Under the pieces are notes generated by a model. The model saw nothing but the letters and a program-made list of their open reading frames with translations. It was not told the origin of the DNA and did no database searches. Positions 9,139-17,688 of a stretch of DNA of 50,593 nucleotides are shown in pieces (positions within the stretch are counted from its first letter, which is position 1; the number at the start of each line of letters is the position of its first letter). The stretch is from a virus (taxonomy: Duplodnaviria > Heunggongvirae > Uroviricota > Caudoviricetes), in the IMG/VR virus record IMGVR_UViG_3300035158_000899, one strand, 5' to 3'. The position numbers and the translations under genes are program-made.

Positions 9139-9839
9139 AATGAAAATAAAGAAAGAAGTCTGTACTGTTTGCGCAAGAAGAGTCGGCGTTAAAGAAGGTA
9201 AGATTGTTAGGCATAGAACAAAGAGAGGGCCGAGCAATAAGAAGCAAAATAATGTCTGTAAGGGAAGTGGGAAGACTGGTTGAATTTTGCAAACACACAA
9301 AGAAACACAATTTGCAAAATTTATCTAACAGGCTACAATATAGCTATAGGTATCGCAGCAGCACTAGTCGTCGACATCGCACTATGGAAGCTGTTGAAGA
9401 GTTGACGTGCTGTAAATACTACTAAAGTGGAGGAGGACCAGATGGATGAGAGATCAGCAGACTATAGACATGTATACCTCTATGCTAAGGGATGGTATAA
9501 GACGACTGGTTCCAACCAGTGATATAGAGGGAGATCTTGGTGATCCAGACCCTGATATGTTGCCACTGAGAGACAGTAAGTGCTGCTTGGAATGCCGTAA
9601 GGGAAAGAAAATAAAAAATTAAGTCAAGGATTACAGAATGAAGAAGATAATCAAAGTTTGTTATGACGATAATAAAAGATGGTACGAAGCCTGAAGGTAT
9701 TAAAAAGGTATTCGAATCAGGGCTTGAACTCGAAGTAATTTATGAGAAAAACGGGTCTGTAGATTTTGAACTTGCTACATATTTGCAAGGCGAAACTGTT
9801 TTAATTGACGGCGAAAAGTACACAATAAAAGGGAATTAA

Positions 9840-10148
9840 ATGTACTACGAAGTAGGCAGATGGTATAAGAGGAATTCAAAGATATCAGACCAATTTAACA
9901 AAGATGAACCAAAGGTGTTTCTATTAACTGGAAGAGTTAAATGTGATATTAATTGAGCAGATGTATGTTCAACAGATGTATGCAAGTCTTGTTTAGGGCA
10001 TCTTGTTGGGGTAGGTTATCCGCTTACGACACCAAAGCCGGGTTATTGTCCTTATACAAAGTTTAAAATTCCTGTATGTGTACCAACAAGTAAAAAAGGT
10101 AGTAAGAAAAAGAAAAATTGGGAAAAGAAAATTCCATGTGCAGTTTGA
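9840..10148 (+). pseudogene. YKIG-family protein with in-frame TGA (9954-56)
   Basis: MYYEVGRWY...FLLTGRVKCDIN*ADVC...CKSCLGHLVGVG...YCPY. Confidence 0.75.
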
Positions 10149-10320
10149 TAATGAACAATGTATAAATATAAATGAAATTGATTGCATTGGTAAGCGATCA
10201 GGCGAGTTCGGATTAGGCAATACAGTTAGGACTTACTGTATTGCGGCCAGGACCACCAGTGGAGGGCAGCCAGGAAGCCGATATTTAGTCCTTGAGGTTT
10301 CCAGGATTAACTCCATACCA

Positions 10321-10371
10321 GGGGAGTATATGGGACTTACGACGGTAAGTTTCCGCTCCCCGTTTTTTTTT
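10321..10371 (+). terminator. terminator-like nested hairpin with T run
   Basis: GGGGAG...ACTTAC-GACG-GTAAGT...CTCCCC followed by T9. Confidence 0.6.
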
Positions 10372-10385
10372 GAAAGAGGTTTGAT

Positions 10386-10862
10386 ATGGAATGGATTATA
10401 CTTAAGAATGACACAGTCTCAGCCGCTATTACATACCCAGACAGTGTGAGTCTCGTGTTTGCATCTCATAAAAGACCCGGAGGCGGTTATAAGAACCACG
10501 AAAAAGGACAGGAAGAATTCATTGCCAGACGCACAAACCTTGTTGACAGACTTCAACCTTTTTTACATTTATATGGCGATAATTTTAAACCGTTTTATAT
10601 CCTACTCAAAGATGTCAAAATCAGCGGTACTAATTTACTCCGCGACTTTATAGTTTCCCATGCTCCAGTTGCTCGGTTACACAACGATCCAAATTCAGTA
10701 ATGGAAGAACGCATCAAAGTTGTTTGTAAAAAAGTAGCTTATTATCCCATTTTTATTACAGGCGCTTGGGGTTGCGGCTTTTTTGGTAACGATATTACTA
10801 AGGTCGAGAAATGGTTTAAACAGTATGCTACTAATGAAAAAGTTGTATGGGCCATTAAATAG
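10386..10862 (+). CDS. microbial-type PARG / TIGR02452-like macrodomain protein
   Basis: FASHKRPGGG-X7-QEE catalytic loop and GAWGCGFFGN motif. Confidence 0.8.
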   Translation: MEWIILKNDTVSAAITYPDSVSLVFASHKRPGGGYKNHEKGQEEFIARRTNLVDRLQPFLHLYGDNFKPFYILLKDVKISGTNLLRDFIVSHAPVARLHNDPNSVMEERIKVVCKKVAYYPIFITGAWGCGFFGNDITKVEKWFKQYATNEKVVWAIK

Positions 10863-10888
10863 AGGACGTGTTTCCCGAAAGGAGATAA

Positions 10889-11134
10889 ATGATTTATTTT
10901 AAGTTGTACAAAAGTAAGCGATATTTTCTCAAACGCAAAGTACTTTGCTTTTGGGCTACAGAAAAGAAAGCCTTATGTTATGGGGCACTCGTTACAACGA
11001 GTGTTTTGTGGTTTGATTCTGCAGAAGAAGCAATAGATTATATTAAAGCTAAGTATACTAAACGGTCAAAAGTTGAACTTGATAGTATAATCCATTTCGA
11101 TGAGACGACAGGAGAAATAGTCGCGAGGGCGTAG
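10889..11134 (+). CDS. hypothetical protein
   Basis: ORF track; AAGGAG RBS. Confidence 0.6.
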   Translation: MIYFKLYKSKRYFLKRKVLCFWATEKKALCYGALVTTSVLWFDSAEEAIDYIKAKYTKRSKVELDSIIHFDETTGEIVARA

Positions 11135-11190
11135 TGCGCCGCGGCTCGCTGGCTGGTATATGCGTTATTTTACCGTCCACCTATTCCGCC

Positions 11191-11233
11191 TTTTGTAAGG
11201 GTAAGATTTTTGAAAATTTCTATATAGAGATAG
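11191..11233 (+). promoter_or_regulatory. repeated intergenic motif, copy 2
   Basis: ttttgtaagggtaagatttttgaaaatttctatatagagatag. Confidence 0.7.
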
Positions 11234-11275
11234 ACAGCAATATGCTAAAATATATTAAGCGATAAGGAGGTTATA

Positions 11276-11488
11276 GTGTGGACTAAGTCGAATGGATCAT
11301 ATGTTACACAAGCTTCTACTCTAAATGCAAATAGAGAAAAACATCCAAGAAATAAGTGCCCACATTGTTATAAGTTTTTCCATAAGAGAGACTTGCTTCG
11401 TACGCAAAGAAACGAGGAAAATGAAATAGAGTCATGGAAGTTTATATGCCCTAGTTGTAGAAGGACGTTAGTTGTACTTAATGATTAG
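11276..11488 (+). CDS. small zinc-ribbon protein
   Basis: CPHC...CPSC; AGGAGG RBS, GTG start. Confidence 0.65.
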   Translation: MWTKSNGSYVTQASTLNANREKHPRNKCPHCYKFFHKRDLLRTQRNEENEIESWKFICPSCRRTLVVLND

Positions 11489-11498
11489 GAGTTTAAGG

Positions 11499-11726
11499 AT
11501 GAATAATCATTATTTAGGTTACTATCCAAACTACAAAATAGGTGAAGTATATGAAGAAGGCGATTATAAGTTTATGGTAATAGATAGAGTAGAGTGTAAA
11601 CGGCCTTGTTTGTTTACTAAACAACCCTGCAAAGGTTTAATAAAAGCAATAGGTAGAGTTCCAGTTACACATCCCTTTTGCGGCTTTCCTAGTTTAACCT
11701 ACCATTACGGCAATCCCCGTAAATAA
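11499..11726 (+). CDS. YKIG-family Cys-rich small protein
   Basis: ...NYKIGEVY...FMVIDRVEC...CKGLIKAIG...FCGF. Confidence 0.7.
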   Translation: MNNHYLGYYPNYKIGEVYEEGDYKFMVIDRVECKRPCLFTKQPCKGLIKAIGRVPVTHPFCGFPSLTYHYGNPRK

Positions 11727-11734
11727 ACCCTTCT

Positions 11735-11777
11735 TTTTGTAAGGGTAGAATTTCGAAATGCATCTATCTATTTGATG
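11735..11777 (+). promoter_or_regulatory. repeated intergenic motif, copy 3
   Basis: ttttgtaagggtagaatttcgaaatgcatctatctatttgatg. Confidence 0.6.
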
Positions 11778-11815
11778 TAAAAATAATATTTCAATCTTAA
11801 CACAGGAGGGGTGCT

Positions 11816-12166
11816 GTGGGAGACCAAATTAACCTTACAGATGTTGATGTTGAGAAGTTAAATCTCAACACGAAGAGGGCAGCTACGCCCGAGACTTTCC
11901 GTAAGAATTTTGCTAAGTACGGGAAGGTAAACGTAACAGAAGCCGGTGGTAAGTTAAAGATTGTGGTTCGTTATCACAATCATGTCATTGCCGGTTTCGA
12001 ATCGAAAGGTTCTCTTAAGGACATTGATCGTGGTGCAATTAAGACCGCGATTGCAGAGAAGATTATGGGTGCTTCTGATGCTGAGACTCAGAGGTATATC
12101 GAAAATCTTCACGCGTCCCAGAAGAGAGCCCGTGAAGCTGCTGCCGCTGCAAAGAAGGCGGAGTAA
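11816..12166 (+). CDS. basic protein, YHNHVIA paralogue B
   Basis: AGGAGG RBS, GTG start; paralogous to 3991-4320. Confidence 0.8.
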   Translation: MGDQINLTDVDVEKLNLNTKRAATPETFRKNFAKYGKVNVTEAGGKLKIVVRYHNHVIAGFESKGSLKDIDRGAIKTAIAEKIMGASDAETQRYIENLHASQKRAREAAAAAKKAE

Positions 12167-12185
12167 GATATATCATCGAAATCAG

Positions 12186-12226
12186 ATAAGACAGAGGGGT
12201 AATACCCTCTGTCTTATTTCTTTTTT
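12186..12226 (+). terminator. intrinsic terminator
   Basis: Perfect 13-bp stem ATAAGACAGAGGG/CCCTCTGTCTTAT, 6-nt loop, T-rich tail. Confidence 0.8.
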
Positions 12227-12559
12227 AAGAGGCGACAATAATGAAGAAAAAAGTAAGAAGGATTCAATAGCGCAACAGAGTAAAATGAAGTAAGGAGATA
12301 AATTATGTGTAATATGGTTGCAATAATAGGATTCATTTTTAAGAAAAAGAAGAAAAAATGCCCTGTTTCTGGCAAATATTGTGCAGATTATCAAGACTGC
12401 CATAATAGGAACTATTGTTGGTTAAAGTAGTCAATTAATAATTGTATAACATAGACACGAAGTGTGATTACGATAATGCAAAGGAAGATTGATGACTGTA
12501 GGAGATACGGTTTTTACTTGTGATAATCAAAAGATGGCTTCGGCTTATAGGGAGGTTAT

Positions 12560-12898
12560 ATGAATCCAATAGCAATAGTGACTGATGTTGTTGATGAAGG
12601 GAAGAAAAAAAGAATAGAGAGCATAAGACTTTCAAAATGTCTCACAGAGAGGTCACTTACGTTTGGTGATGAGGAACAAATAAAAGCGCTCAAGAAATTG
12701 CAAGAAGAGGCTGATCAAATACAAGCACTTAAAAAGTACGAAGTTGAGTTTGATTTTTCAGGTTCTTACACTATAGAAGTTGAGGCAGAAAATGAAGAGG
12801 AAGCAGAGGAAATAGCGAATGAAGAATTCAATATTCATGATGCTGATGACTTCAATGTTGACTATACAAGAGTTAGGGAATTAGATGCAATTGTGTAA
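12560..12898 (+). CDS. acidic hypothetical protein
   Basis: ORF track; GGAGG RBS. Confidence 0.65.
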   Translation: MNPIAIVTDVVDEGKKKRIESIRLSKCLTERSLTFGDEEQIKALKKLQEEADQIQALKKYEVEFDFSGSYTIEVEAENEEEAEEIANEEFNIHDADDFNVDYTRVRELDAIV

Positions 12899-12964
12899 CA
12901 AGATAACTTTTGCAAAGTCGTACTCAAGCCCGTATTCAAAATTTCGCTTAATACACTTACCTCT

Positions 12965-13007
12965 TTTTGTAAGGGTAAGATTATTAAAAATTCCTATATA
13001 GAGATAA
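12965..13007 (+). promoter_or_regulatory. repeated intergenic motif, copy 4
   Basis: ttttgtaagggtaagattattaaaaattcctatatagagataa. Confidence 0.7.
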
Positions 13008-13417
13008 GCAAAATCTAATTTTTATAAGGCGACAAACAAAGGAGGCTTAGATGAAAACAGCTGTGCAAGAAGAAATTCAAGATTGATAACGAATACGTAG
13101 GTGTTGTAACTTGTCCATATTGTGGTGAGCATGTTGAGGGGTAAGGAGGAGCAATTGGTGTTGTGTTATTGAATAGCTTTTCGTTATGGTTTTGCAGTAG
13201 GAAACTCGATAGAGTAATGGAGCATTTTAGAATCAAGTTTACAAAGGAGGATTAGATGTTTGTAATTCTTGAATATGTAAATTCTACGGATGTAATAGGT
13301 CTTGTTATGAATGAAGATGGCAATACGCAGTTGTTTGAGAAGAAAGAGAAGGCAGAGGAATACGTAAAAGAAAATTGCGCTTTTGAATATCAAATCGTTG
13401 AGCTATAGGAGATTTGA

Positions 13418-13810
13418 ATGGAAAAGATTGTAGATCTTGGAGTTGATGCTGGAAATATATCCTTTGTTGATAAGGATTATATTTTAGCGAACAATGGTAT
13501 GATAGGTGACACTGCGAAAAGAGAGTGCAAAGAGTACGAGATAGGACCTGGTGAATACAAGATAAACATAGAAATGCCTGATACTTGGAATGGAAAAATA
13601 AGCGAGGAATTTACGATAAGTATTCCATCGGGAACGTTGTGTGTTGGAGATATGTGTTATTTCTTTTCGTCGGATGAAGTTGATCATAATGTATGGTTGG
13701 ATTATTTGAATAGAACGAACCATATGGAGAAGCAAGAAGAAGAAAGGGTTACATGCCGTACAGGCGGTGATGGTGAGTTTTCTGTTTCGTTTGGGATAAC
13801 GAAAGTTTGA
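13418..13810 (+). CDS. hypothetical protein
   Basis: ORF track; GVDAG...VGDMCY...TGGDGEF motifs. Confidence 0.7.
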   Translation: MEKIVDLGVDAGNISFVDKDYILANNGMIGDTAKRECKEYEIGPGEYKINIEMPDTWNGKISEEFTISIPSGTLCVGDMCYFFSSDEVDHNVWLDYLNRTNHMEKQEEERVTCRTGGDGEFSVSFGITKV

Positions 13811-13821
13811 AAGGAGTAATA

Positions 13822-15543
13822 ATGCCATACGATAATGAGCATGTAGCAAATATTCTCGATGAACTTGCTTCGATGCTTGAGATGTCAGGGAATAAGGGAG
13901 ATAGGTTTAAAGTAAGTGCATACAAAAAAGGCGCACTTGCTGTTAGACAACTTACGAGAGACATCAACACAATCGATTTTAACACTGAAAAAATACCTGG
14001 AATAGGAAAAAGCATGATTGAAAAGATAGGTGAAATTCTACAAACGGGAACCTGCAAGAAACGTGAAGAGCTAATAAAAGATAGTCCCGTACCACCGACA
14101 GTAACACAATTCAAGAAACTTCCTGGAATAGGCCCAAAGAAAGCAATAGCAATTTGGGAAAAATACAAAGTAGCAACACTTGAAGAACTTGATGCAAAGA
14201 TAAAAGACGGAACAATAGACAATCCAGATCTTGCAGAAGCACTTGAATTTGCTAAGAGAGCAGGATCGAGAAGGCTTTACAGAGATGGATTTAAGATAGC
14301 TGAAAAAGTAAGACTGAAAATGCTTGAAATGCCAGGCGTTAAGATAGCAACACATCTTGGTTCAATTCGAAGAAAGAAACCAACAGTAAAAGACGCTGAC
14401 ATTGGTATTGTAGTAGAATCACCTGAGATAGAAAAGAAAGTAGTAGAAGAATTTCTTTCAATGGCGCAGAAAGTAAGATCGAGTGGACCACAAAAGCCTT
14501 CGATTTACATAAATGATTTCCAAGTAGACTTAACGATAATACCTGAAGATGAATACGGAACATATATATTACACGCAACAGGAAGTGCAGAATTTAATAT
14601 AGCAATGAGAATGCGAGCACTTTCAACTTTAAGTAAAATGAGTCTAAGTGAACATGGAATAACAAACTCTGTAACAGGAGAGGAATACAAATTTAAGACG
14701 GAAGAAGCAGTATTTAAATTTCTTAGGTTGCAATACATACCGCCTGAGATGAGAGAAAACCAAGGAGAAATTGAACTAGCGGAGAAACATGAAATACCTG
14801 AATTTGTGACAATGGATGATATTGAAACTGATTATCATCTTCATTCAAAGTACTCAGATGGTTCAGGGACAATAGAACAACTTGCGGAAGAAGCTAAAAG
14901 GAGAGGGCTGAAAACAATTGTAATTACAGATCACGCTAAGAAACTTGCTATGGCAGGCGGATTGAAAGATGAAGAACTACAGAAGCAAATAGATCATATC
15001 AAGAGTCTGAACATCGAAGGTATTGCAGTAAAATCGGGCATTGAGCTTAATATTGATTCAAGCGGTAATATAGATGATTATCCAGAAGAGATACTAAAAC
15101 AGCTCGATGAAGTAATTGCTTCGGTACACTTTGGATTTAACGGAGACCAAACAGAGCGGCTAATCAAGGCAATTCAGAATCCATACGTTACAATACTAGG
15201 GCATCCTGATTGCGCAGATCATGGAAAGAGAGAACCAATAAAAGCAGGTTGGGAGAAAGTAATCAAAGTATGCGCAGAAAACAATGTAGCTCTTGAAATA
15301 ACAGGGCAACCTTCGAGATACGGATTATCAATTGAGATGTGTAAGATAGGGAAGAAATACGGAGTGAAATTTACGCTAGGTACAGACACACACAGACTTG
15401 AGAATATGGATTATATGCAGTATGCAGTTAATTCAGCAAGAAGAGGAGGTCTTACAAAAGATAATATTCGTGGTACAGGAAAGAGAACTGTGACAAAGAA
15501 GGAAATCGATGTAACCAATATTGAGATAATTCCATTGAAATAG
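13822..15543 (+). CDS. polX: DNA polymerase X family with C-terminal PHP domain
   Basis: HhH motifs (IPGIG, LPGIGPK), GSIRRKKPTVKDADI, QVDL, HATGSAEFN; PHP motifs HLHSKYSDG, ITDHA, GHPD, GTDTH. Confidence 0.92.
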   Translation: MPYDNEHVANILDELASMLEMSGNKGDRFKVSAYKKGALAVRQLTRDINTIDFNTEKIPGIGKSMIEKIGEILQTGTCKKREELIKDSPVPPTVTQFKKLPGIGPKKAIAIWEKYKVATLEELDAKIKDGTIDNPDLAEALEFAKRAGSRRLYRDGFKIAEKVRLKMLEMPGVKIATHLGSIRRKKPTVKDADIGIVVESPEIEKKVVEEFLSMAQKVRSSGPQKPSIYINDFQVDLTIIPEDEYGTYILHATGSAEFNIAMRMRALSTLSKMSLSEHGITNSVTGEEYKFKTEEAVFKFLRLQYIPPEMRENQGEIELAEKHEIPEFVTMDDIETDYHLHSKYSDGSGTIEQLAEEAKRRGLKTIVITDHAKKLAMAGGLKDEELQKQIDHIKSLNIEGIAVKSGIELNIDSSGNIDDYPEEILKQLDEVIASVHFGFNGDQTERLIKAIQNPYVTILGHPDCADHGKREPIKAGWEKVIKVCAENNVALEITGQPSRYGLSIEMCKIGKKYGVKFTLGTDTHRLENMDYMQYAVNSARRGGLTKDNIRGTGKRTVTKKEIDVTNIEIIPLK

Positions 15544-15972
15544 CGTAAAAACGTACAGAAAAGGAGTTATTATGACTAACAAGATTATAAATATTCCGAA
15601 TTTCTTAGAAAAAATATTGAATACTGAAGAGGTAATGAAGATAGCAGAGAAACTTAGGCTTGCAAGAGCAAAGGTAGAAGATTTAGAAATTGAGCTAAAT
15701 AAGGTACAGGCTACTTTTCGTACTTTCAAAAAGCAATCTATTTTTCTTGGGGTGATCCTGAGATTGCAATCATATTAGGTTGCAGTGGTGAAAAAGAGCG
15801 AGCAAACAAAAGGAGAGCAAATGCCTAAGAAAAAAGTCGTTAAGAAAGCTGTTAAGAAAGCTGTTAAGAAGACTGCAGGATATACTCCAAAATATACTAT
15901 CTATACTACTCCGAATGGTAGACTTGAGTATAAGTTGTGGATTGAAGGTATGAAATTGAATTTTCAGATAAT

Positions 15973-16803
15973 ATGAATGAGAGATTTCGGTGTCCTGAGT
16001 TTTGCGGTTATGCTTCTCGCGGTAATCGTTACAAAGCGAAAAATGGAGTTCATGTGTGCTCTGTTGATTATCCTGATTTACCTATACACAACGTCACTCC
16101 TATGTCGGTTCTCTTACGCGGCCGTTGTGATGACGACGACGATGATGTTGTTAGTGAAGTTTATGCTAAAAAAGATGTCCTCGGCAGCCCTAGTGATATA
16201 AAGAAGAAGATAATAGATGCTCTTAACGACTGGGATGAGAATTGGGAAGGTTGGAAAGAGAAACCAAAGACCAATAAGCAGATATACAAAATTGGAGATA
16301 GAGGTCCTGCTGGTGGATGGGTTGTTACTCATAATTATGTTGGGTGTGCGAGAAGAGAAGATATAAGGTGTTCGAATACTATATTTGGCGATATGGTGAG
16401 AAAAGAAGATGCAAGATGTTTGGGTACTTTTGGCATATCTAAACCGAAGCTCAGAATAAAGTTCGTCGAATTTGAGAAGGCTTTAGTGATGCAGGTTTTG
16501 TATATGGATGAGAGATTTAGATGTGTGAATTACCCAAGCCCGGTAAAGAATTTTATAGCGAGTAATGGATTTCGTATTGCAAGTTCAGAATCCCCGATTT
16601 TCCATCGTGATCTTGTTATGTTAAGAGGATGGGATAAACAGAGAGATGATATTGTTAAAGAAATCACTTTCAGGTCTAATATTAAGCGTGATGAGTATAA
16701 GAAACGCATGCTCGAAGCACTCAAAGAATGGGCAGTGAATTGGGAAGGCTGGAACGAGAAACCTTGTAAAATAGAATCAAAGGATGGCATATACGAATTC
16801 TAA
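15973..16803 (+). CDS. hypothetical protein with internally duplicated domain
   Basis: Two copies of xERFRC...LRG...DD.V.E...AL..W..NWEGW.EKP. Confidence 0.75.
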   Translation: MNERFRCPEFCGYASRGNRYKAKNGVHVCSVDYPDLPIHNVTPMSVLLRGRCDDDDDDVVSEVYAKKDVLGSPSDIKKKIIDALNDWDENWEGWKEKPKTNKQIYKIGDRGPAGGWVVTHNYVGCARREDIRCSNTIFGDMVRKEDARCLGTFGISKPKLRIKFVEFEKALVMQVLYMDERFRCVNYPSPVKNFIASNGFRIASSESPIFHRDLVMLRGWDKQRDDIVKEITFRSNIKRDEYKKRMLEALKEWAVNWEGWNEKPCKIESKDGIYEF

Positions 16804-17064
16804 AAAGGAGACAGAATGAAACGCTCTCGTTTGTCTTTGATTAGTTGTAGTGATGCTCCTGTAACGAGTAGAAAGTTTATAGGTAGAGTTGTTGATTCTC
16901 ATCCTATTCCTACTTCGTTTAATAAAAGTGTAAAACAGATAGTATGATATGTACAGTGCGTGGTACACCAAGTATATTTATTGGTGATTCAGCATGGTTA
17001 GTTACAAGAAAAGGGCATGGTGTGGTTATTTAGAATTGCAGAGAGCAAAGTATTATTATAGAAT

Positions 17065-17688
17065 ATGGAATTGAGGAGAGCTATGCGTGTAGACCCTGAA
17101 ATTGTTAAGAAATATACCGTAAGCATAATACGTGATTTTACGAATATAAGACGCTGGCCACATAAACGCGACAGAAATAAAATGTCATTAATCGCAGTGG
17201 TAGATGGTTGTGCATATCGTATACCTTCTTCTGATACTATAAACAAAGGAATAGTACGATTAGAATTAGCATATTCGATATTATATCCTGAACTTCCGGC
17301 TATGCCACTTTCAGAATGCGGGAAAACCCCAGAAAAATATGATATATGTGGAAATGTAATAGTGTACAGAAAAGATGTTTACCTTTTAGTAAGAAAAACA
17401 CACTCACACGGTGATTATCAATTTTACTTTAAATTAAATGGCGATAAATGGGAAAGACAAAATACTAGGGAATTTAGCAAATTTCTACATAAGGAAATCG
17501 TTACAATAAAGCGTAACGGATTGTGGAAAAGGCCAAACAAAGAAGAAAAAGAATTACTTAAGAGGTTAAGAAGATTAAACCCACATAAAGATAAAAGGAT
17601 GGCTGTTCGAAATCCTTTGGATAATCATATTTCTTTGAAAAAAGTTCTCTATTTTAATAAGGAGGCAAGATGGATTTTATCGAAATAG
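17065..17688 (+). CDS. hypothetical basic protein
   Basis: 207 aa ORF. Confidence 0.6.
   Translation: MELRRAMRVDPEIVKKYTVSIIRDFTNIRRWPHKRDRNKMSLIAVVDGCAYRIPSSDTINKGIVRLELAYSILYPELPAMPLSECGKTPEKYDICGNVIVYRKDVYLLVRKTHSHGDYQFYFKLNGDKWERQNTREFSKFLHKEIVTIKRNGLWKRPNKEEKELLKRLRRLNPHKDKRMAVRNPLDNHISLKKVLYFNKEARWILSK

Noticed and set aside
10245-10295. SRP RNA or SAM-I riboswitch resemblance (CAGG...GCAGCC; GTGGAGGG)
   Set aside because: No GNRA-capped helix 8 geometry and no SAM-I P1/core; similarity limited to a few bases.
10078-10449. 123-aa plus-strand ORF
   Set aside because: Spans a pseudogene tail, strong hairpins and a terminator, and overlaps the PARG start; no RBS.
10861-10880. Possible self-target: gapped match of array segment ga-ac-gt-tt-cc-gt to GAGGACGTGTTTCCCGA
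   Set aside because: Only 4 of 6 dinucleotides match, which is expected by chance in 50 kb. By-eye tests against the YKIG start consensus also failed. A proper gapped search is needed.
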